Positions 58,664 to 64,000 of a stretch of 64,000 nucleotides of DNA are shown here, piece after piece. Origin of the DNA: Candidatus Hydrogenedentota bacterium. GTDB lineage: Bacteria; Hydrogenedentota; Hydrogenedentia; Hydrogenedentales; SLHB01. The notes beneath the pieces are model-generated. The model ran no database searches. It saw only the letters and a program-made list of their open reading frames with translations, and was not told the DNA's origin. Made by a program: the position numbers and the translations under genes. The stretch lies in NCBI GenBank assembly GCA_963668025.2, contig CAXXTH010000008.1, forward strand, positions 32,001-96,000. Reading direction: 5' to 3'. Within the stretch, counting starts at the first letter, position 1; each line of letters begins with the position of its first letter.

Positions 58664-60388
58664 ATGGGCATGTGTAAAAGAAACTTTGCGCTGATAAGCA
58701 TCATGGTTTCCTTGATACTGTTAGTTCAGTTAGCTGGTTGCATACTCTGGCCGATCTCCAATACTGTTTTTACGACAGCCCAACAGCAGATCCTCCCCAT
58801 CGGGCTATCGGCAGGCACGCCGCAGATTAATCCGGCCGACATACCGCTCTACGAGCAATACGGTTACAGCGCTTGGCAGGCAGGGGACGGCCTGCCTTAC
58901 GAGATGCGGGCTGAACTTGCGCCTGGCTATAATGGCGCATCCAATGAGGCGCGTCTTTTATCATTCTTTACCATCACCGATATTCATATCGCCGACAAGG
59001 AATCCCCGGCGCAGCCGCTCTATGTCGGCTGGAGTGCATTGTATGGCGCTCCCACTTCTTGTGGGTCGGCCTATTCACCGGTCATACTCTCAACGACCCA
59101 CGTCCTTGACGCCGCCATCCAGACGGTCAATGCGTTACACAAACAATCGCCGTTTGATTTCGGCATCTCTCTCGGCGATGGCATCAACAATAACCAATAT
59201 AACGAACTGAGATGGTTCATAGATGTCCTTGACGGAAAGGTCATCACCCCCAGTTCCGGTGCTCATGACGGAGCCTGCGCCATCGATTATCAAAAACCAT
59301 TCAAGGCCGCCGGGCTCGACAAGGCGATCCCCTGGTATCAGGTGCTTGGCAACCATGATCAGTTTTGGATGGGTTCGGCCTATGAGAATATAAAAACCAT
59401 GCAGGCGCATATCGGGAATACCATTCTCAATATGAAAAATGCCCAGGATCCATCGGAGGGAGGCGTAAATTCATACGGCGCTTATATGGGCGTAGTCGAT
59501 GGCTCGACGCCGTACGGGGATGTCATTAAGGCCGGGCCCGAGGAGAACTTTTCCATACCCCCAACGGTCATTGCCGATCCAAACCGCTACGCCCTTGCGA
59601 CGAGTGCGTCCACAAGCTTGAATTGGATGAAGGAATTCTTCACGACCACCTCGAATCCCGTTGGCCACGGATTCACCCAGGCCAGCCTTGACAACGATTT
59701 TGCCTGCTATAGCTTCGAGCCGAAGTCGGATATGCCAATCAAGGTTATCGTGCTCGACGATACCGTCAAAGGCGCTGGCCAGCCCAATTATGCGCGCGCT
59801 GCGCTCGACCAGACCCGGCTCGACTGGCTCACCGGCGAGCTCCAGATGGGCCAGGACGAAGGCAAGCTCATGATTATCGCGGCGCATATCCCGATCCATC
59901 CACAAAAAACCTTCGATCTGAACTCCGGGAACTATCTTTTATTCTCCAGCACCTCGATCATTGACGATCTTTCGCTGCTTAACATCCTCCACAACTATCC
60001 GAATCTGATCTTGTGGATATCGGGACACCGTCACGTAAACGTCGTTACCGCCCAGCCGTCATCCGATGCAGCACATCCTGAACAAGGCTTCTGGGAGGTC
60101 GAAACGGCATCGCTGCGCGATTTTCCCCAGCAGTTCCGCACCTTCGACATCCGCCGCAACAGCGATAATACCATTTCAATCATTGTGACCAATGTTGATC
60201 CCGCTGTCGCCGAAGGATCGCCCGCCGCAAAATCGAGGGGATATGCAATCGGCATCTCGCGCATAATTGGCGCTACGCCCGACACCATCGCGGATACCAC
60301 TTCCCATGCGTACAATGCCGAGCTTGTGAAACAATTGACCCCCGAAATGCAGGCCGTTATCGCCAATTTCGGATCGCCAATCGAATAG
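58664..60388 (+). CDS. Exported calcineurin-like metallophosphoesterase (TIGR03768-like)
   Basis: lipobox LAGC; TDIHIADKESP, LGDG, GNHD, AAHIP, SGHRH. Confidence 0.85.
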   Translation: MGMCKRNFALISIMVSLILLVQLAGCILWPISNTVFTTAQQQILPIGLSAGTPQINPADIPLYEQYGYSAWQAGDGLPYEMRAELAPGYNGASNEARLLSFFTITDIHIADKESPAQPLYVGWSALYGAPTSCGSAYSPVILSTTHVLDAAIQTVNALHKQSPFDFGISLGDGINNNQYNELRWFIDVLDGKVITPSSGAHDGACAIDYQKPFKAAGLDKAIPWYQVLGNHDQFWMGSAYENIKTMQAHIGNTILNMKNAQDPSEGGVNSYGAYMGVVDGSTPYGDVIKAGPEENFSIPPTVIADPNRYALATSASTSLNWMKEFFTTTSNPVGHGFTQASLDNDFACYSFEPKSDMPIKVIVLDDTVKGAGQPNYARAALDQTRLDWLTGELQMGQDEGKLMIIAAHIPIHPQKTFDLNSGNYLLFSSTSIIDDLSLLNILHNYPNLILWISGHRHVNVVTAQPSSDAAHPEQGFWEVETASLRDFPQQFRTFDIRRNSDNTISIIVTNVDPAVAEGSPAAKSRGYAIGISRIIGATPDTIADTTSHAYNAELVKQLTPEMQAVIANFGSPIE

Positions 60389-60534
60389 GCTTTAGACTAT
60401 CAAGTGTTTGGGACCAGGCGAATAGATAATAAAATGGTCAGTGGGCGAACAATAGATAAAAGGAGAGTATTTGCACTGTTTTGAGAGGGGTGAGTGGCTT
60501 GTAAGTCGTTTTATACAGACGCTTTGTAAAATGA

Positions 60535-60610
60535 TGGCAGCCCGTAGGGGAGTCGAACCCCTCTGACAGGACTGAGAATCCTGCATCCTGAACCACTAGA
60601 TGAACGGGCC
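60535..60610 (-). tRNA. tRNA-Glu (anticodon CTC)
   Basis: GGCCCGTTCATCTAGTGG...CAGGA-TTCTCAG-TCCTG...GGTTCGACTCC...CCA, 76 nt. Confidence 0.96.
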
Positions 60611-60647
60611 GCATGTATTGCCTGGACGCAACGTCCAGTGCGGAGAT

Positions 60648-60676
60648 ACTATAAAGAACCCTATAGATAAAATCAA
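60648..60676 (-). promoter_or_regulatory. Sigma70 promoter of tRNA-Glu
   Basis: TTGATT-17 bp-TATAGT. Confidence 0.6.
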
Positions 60677-60725
60677 GCAACTGAAAATATTTTCTCATAA
60701 GACTTCCCGCACGGCAAAACATACA

Positions 60726-60754
60726 TTGACAGCAAGTGTCTACCGCGCTATTCT
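60726..60754 (+). promoter_or_regulatory. Sigma70 promoter of the HDOD gene
   Basis: TTGACA-17 bp-TATTCT. Confidence 0.7.
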
Positions 60755-60821
60755 AGCGTTGCACCGTTAATTGCATGCATGGCAAAGCAGGCTATGCTGC
60801 CGACGAACAGGAGGTTGTCAT

Positions 60822-61700
60822 ATGCCTAGGTTTCGAAGGGATACGGTACAAAAGCGAGTGTTGGCGGTAGAAGAATTAGCGACTCTTCCCGCTTCGCTTG
60901 CCCGCATTTTAGCTATCACGCAAGACCCAAATTCGACCTCCTTGGATTTGGCCGCCGAAATCGCGAAAGATCCCGCTCTCACGGCTAAAGTCTTGCGAAC
61001 CGTTAACTCGAGTTTCTACGGCTTTCAACGCCGCATCCAAACAGTCTCCGATTCAGTCGTTTTGCTGGGCTACACCGAAGTCGAGCGCCTTGCCTTGGCC
61101 ATTTCGGTCATAAATCTGTTTGGCGGCGAACTGCTCCGTGCTCGATTCCTGCACCAGCTTTGGCGGCATAGTTTCGTGGCCAGCATAGCCGCGGATATCG
61201 TCGCGGAGGCCTATATGCCAGGCATTCCAGAACTCAGCGGCGCGCATGTGGCCGCGCTTTTACATGATATTGGCAAAGCGGTCCTCGCGCAATGCATCCC
61301 GGAAGCGGCTCCCGCGATTGCCCAGCTCATGGATAATAGCGGGCTTAGCTGTTTGGAGGCGGAAGCCCAGATCTTGGATGGTTTCACCCATTGCGAAGTA
61401 GGCGCATGGGTGGCGGAACGCTGGTCATTGCCGGTTTCCATCATCGAATGCATATTGCTCCATCACGCGCCAGATCAAGCAACAGAAGAGCATCCTATGC
61501 TCCATGCCACGCATGTAGCCAATGCGGTGTGTTACGAATTGGGCGTTCCCGCGATAACGGAGCTGGCCGAGCCACCAGCCGTATGTCCCCGTTCCTTTGA
61601 ATACTTGCACGTGGATGGCGCGTTCACGTCCCGGGTGGAGGAACGTATTCAAAAGCGGCGGGATCTCATTAGCATGATTACGACCGGCGTGGCTATTTAG
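60822..61700 (+). CDS. HDOD domain protein
   Basis: DPALTAKVLRTVNSSFYG, LWRHS, ALLHDIGK, HCEVGAWVAERWSLP. Confidence 0.92.
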   Translation: MPRFRRDTVQKRVLAVEELATLPASLARILAITQDPNSTSLDLAAEIAKDPALTAKVLRTVNSSFYGFQRRIQTVSDSVVLLGYTEVERLALAISVINLFGGELLRARFLHQLWRHSFVASIAADIVAEAYMPGIPELSGAHVAALLHDIGKAVLAQCIPEAAPAIAQLMDNSGLSCLEAEAQILDGFTHCEVGAWVAERWSLPVSIIECILLHHAPDQATEEHPMLHATHVANAVCYELGVPAITELAEPPAVCPRSFEYLHVDGAFTSRVEERIQKRRDLISMITTGVAI

Positions 61701-61822
61701 TGATGCCGCCTATTCTTGCGCTCTAGCCAATTTGGAAATCCCTGCTTACTTCGGTAAAGTGTAGCTCCGTTGGAGCGCTCATGTGCTGATGTATGGTGGC
61801 AACTAGGGATTTGAGAGTTGGC

Positions 61823-62650
61823 ATGAAGAAAAAACCTGAAAATGAAATAGCTCGCTATGCTCAAAAAGCGTACAATAACCACGAATTCTTGAACAGCCCG
61901 GATGCGCGCACCGTACGCGTCCTATGTGAATTCATCGAACCAGGCTCCCGATTCCGGAAGTTTCACGTATACAATACAATATGCTTCTTCGGCTCCGCCC
62001 GCGCCCAGACGCCCCATGTGGCCCGCCACGCCTTCGATGTAGCGGAACAGCTCAATGCCGAAAGCCCGTCACCAGAAAACGCCCTCCAGTTGGAACGCGC
62101 ACGTTATGGCATTCGGCTGGCTAGGTATTATCAAGACGCGATGGATTTATCGAAGCGTTTATGCGAATGGTCTATGGCTATCGACAAGCCGCAACGGCGC
62201 TTCCATATTTGTTCAGGCGGCGGGCCAGGCATTATGGAAGCAGCCAATCGGGGGGCGAGCCTAGCTGGTGCGCCCAGCATTGGCCTCAATATCAGCTTGC
62301 CCTTCGAACAGAAGCCAAACCCATATCAAACGCCTGAGCTGGCGCTCGAGTTTCATTATTTCTTTGTACGCAAATTCTGGTTTGTCTATCTTTCCAAAGC
62401 TTTAGTGGCCTTTCCCGGCGGTTTTGGCACCTTCGATGAATTGTTCGAGCTATTAACGCTTGTTCAGACGAAAAAAGCCGGCAAAACGGTCCCCGTGGTG
62501 CTGTATGGCGCGGAGTTTTGGAATGAAGTAATGAATTTCGAGGCGTTGAAGAAATGGGGCGTCATTAATCCAGCCGATCTCGGGCTGTTCCATGTCTGTG
62601 ATGATGTGGAGTGCGCATTCCAATTCTTGACGGAGCATCTGGCGCAATAG
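61823..62650 (+). CDS. LOG family protein (TIGR00730-like)
   Basis: FFGSAR, SGGGPGIMEAANRGA, YFFVRK, PGGFGTFDE. Confidence 0.92.
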   Translation: MKKKPENEIARYAQKAYNNHEFLNSPDARTVRVLCEFIEPGSRFRKFHVYNTICFFGSARAQTPHVARHAFDVAEQLNAESPSPENALQLERARYGIRLARYYQDAMDLSKRLCEWSMAIDKPQRRFHICSGGGPGIMEAANRGASLAGAPSIGLNISLPFEQKPNPYQTPELALEFHYFFVRKFWFVYLSKALVAFPGGFGTFDELFELLTLVQTKKAGKTVPVVLYGAEFWNEVMNFEALKKWGVINPADLGLFHVCDDVECAFQFLTEHLAQ

Positions 62651-62751
62651 GAAGCGGCATGGATGGCCTGATTTCGATGACACAGCGGCATCTTTGCTTG
62701 GATGCCAGTGGCCCCGGCAATCAAGCAAGATTTCATCTGTGCCCGCCGCGT

Positions 62752-63690
62752 TTAGTCCCGTTTCACGACCGTGGTTTTTGCCGCGGCGCGCAGTTTGGGG
62801 AGGAGCACCTGCTCGATGACTTGGGGCCCCTTATACAGCGTGAGTTCCTCTTTATCAATGACATCCACCGCGCCCGAGTCCATCACTTTCTGGCGCATGA
62901 CGCTGCCCCGCTGGGCAATGGTCGAGACGATCACTGTGGGGATGGGCTTGTAGCGCATGATTTTTTGCAGGAATGTATGGCCATCCATCTTAGGCATGAT
63001 GATGTCCAGGCACAGCACATCGGGATCTAGCTCGAGGATAAGCTCCCGGGCCTGATATGGGTCCGCCGCTTCCCCCAGCACTTCCATGTCTTGGGAGCGC
63101 TCGATGCCTTGGCGCAAGACCGCCCGCACCGTGCTTGAATCGTCGATGATAAGCACCCCTATCTTGCGCTGCTGGAATTTGGAGATGCGCTGGGCGCGTT
63201 CCTGATTGGCGGCCATGGGATTGATGGGGCGCACCTGGATCTCGTTCGTGGCCGTATTCATGGCGATTTTACGGCCCTTTTGCTCGCCAACCTCCTCCCG
63301 CATAATACGAATGCCCATCTTGCCAAGCTGTTCGCGGGCTACGGCGATATTGCGCGTGCCGACTTGCTGGCCGCCCTCGAGCGACTGCACCGCGGATAAA
63401 TGGCCGATGACCTGGCCGCCGCCGTAAATGCTGGCTACAAGGCTTCCAGGCTGCGAACCTGCTTTCAACGCAAGTTTCACAAGCGTCTGAATGGCGAAAT
63501 CGCCATATTTACTGGGCGATAGTCCACCTTCCTTCTTGTACGGCAGCATGTAGTGGTTCATTCCGCCCCATCGTTTATGGATGTCATGCAGGCACACGGC
63601 CACGCACGAACCAAGAAGCGTACTGACATCGGTTTCTTCTCGTTCAAAAGCATATTCGCCTGGAAGCAAAAAGACTTTACGTTCCGCCAT
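62752..63690 (-). CDS. cheD: CheD deamidase fused to a CheB-type receiver domain
   Basis: TLLGSCVAVC, GGMNHYMLP, VGTRN; then VLIIDDS...DPDVLCLDIIMPKMDG. Confidence 0.88.
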   Translation of the reverse strand: MAERKVFLLPGEYAFEREETDVSTLLGSCVAVCLHDIHKRWGGMNHYMLPYKKEGGLSPSKYGDFAIQTLVKLALKAGSQPGSLVASIYGGGQVIGHLSAVQSLEGGQQVGTRNIAVAREQLGKMGIRIMREEVGEQKGRKIAMNTATNEIQVRPINPMAANQERAQRISKFQQRKIGVLIIDDSSTVRAVLRQGIERSQDMEVLGEAADPYQARELILELDPDVLCLDIIMPKMDGHTFLQKIMRYKPIPTVIVSTIAQRGSVMRQKVMDSGAVDVIDKEELTLYKGPQVIEQVLLPKLRAAAKTTVVKRD

Positions 63691-63702
63691 ACAACGCTCC
63701 TC

Positions 63703-64000
63703 TCATGCCAGAAGGGGGCTAAGTTTATCGACATCAATAATAAGCGCCACCGAGCCATCTCCCAATAGCGCGCCGCCCGTGATCGATTCCGCTCCGGAAG
63801 ACATGCCCTCCAGGGTGCGTACGACGATTTGTTGCACTCCGCGTACGCCATCAACGACAAGCGCGAACTGGCGGCGCTGCGCCTCAGCCGTAACCATAAG
63901 CTCATAGGCTGATTCCATATCCCGGTGGGGAAGGCCGAGTTCTTCCCGCATATCGAGTACAGGCAAAATCATGCCATGGCGTTGAATGCACCGGCCCCGG
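63703..64000 (-). CDS. cheA: CheA C-terminal CheW-like (P5) domain; gene extends beyond window
   Basis: VVDGVRGVQQIVVRTL...ITGGALLGDGSVALIIDV. Confidence 0.85.
   Translation of the reverse strand, partial: RGRCIQRHGMILPVLDMREELGLPHRDMESAYELMVTAEAQRRQFALVVDGVRGVQQIVVRTLEGMSSGAESITGGALLGDGSVALIIDVDKLSPLLA

Larger units (their letters stand above)
25500..60534. mobile_element. Putative tRNA-Glu-anchored genomic island (left boundary approximate; no integrase seen)
   Basis: accessory gene content, AT-rich ends, abuts the tRNA 3' end, contains an IS and MITEs, has a private promoter motif. Confidence 0.5.

Noticed and set aside
1-64000. CRISPR array
   Set aside because: No run of identical repeats with unique spacers was seen and no cas gene is present; repeats are palindromic or 11-bp-phased boxes

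Overview
Window from a diderm bacterium (LptE, BamD and OmpA genes present); the taxon cannot be determined from sequence alone. It has three parts. (1) 1-25.2 kb, core genes: a Na+-NQR operon (nqrA'BC-DEF, apbE, nqrM) interrupted between nqrC and nqrD by a DUF4145/HEPN gene, a nucleotidyltransferase gene and a MITE; then bamD-lptE-holA, a TetR-regulated RND pump, tpiA-secG-murA-hisD-hisC (murA and hisD each carry a frameshift), galK and a possible pseudokinase. (2) About 25.5-60.5 kb, an accessory island ending at the 3' end of tRNA-Glu(CTC), with no integrase seen. It encodes a CheB/CheR fusion, a PAS histidine kinase, an OmpR-family regulator, a radical SAM enzyme, a full IS with TIRs and TSD, a PilT/PilU ATPase, many small stress/envelope proteins (CsbD, two DUF3309, DUF1328, entericidin, Spy/CpxP-like, SPFH, vWA-OmpA), a 2953-aa cyclic beta-1,2-glucan synthase and a metallophosphoesterase. 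(3) 60.5-64 kb: tRNA, HDOD, LOG, a CheD-receiver fusion and the end of cheA. The main finding is that seven island promoters share one architecture: four TTTRCC-type units at exact 11-bp spacing, followed 15-16 bp later by a -10-like hexamer, always on the sense strand. This suggests a self-contained regulon, probably run by the island's OmpR regulator downstream of a CheB/CheR-coupled kinase. Three MITE families and several REP-like palindromes were also found. All calls come from reading the sequence by eye; no database searches were run.
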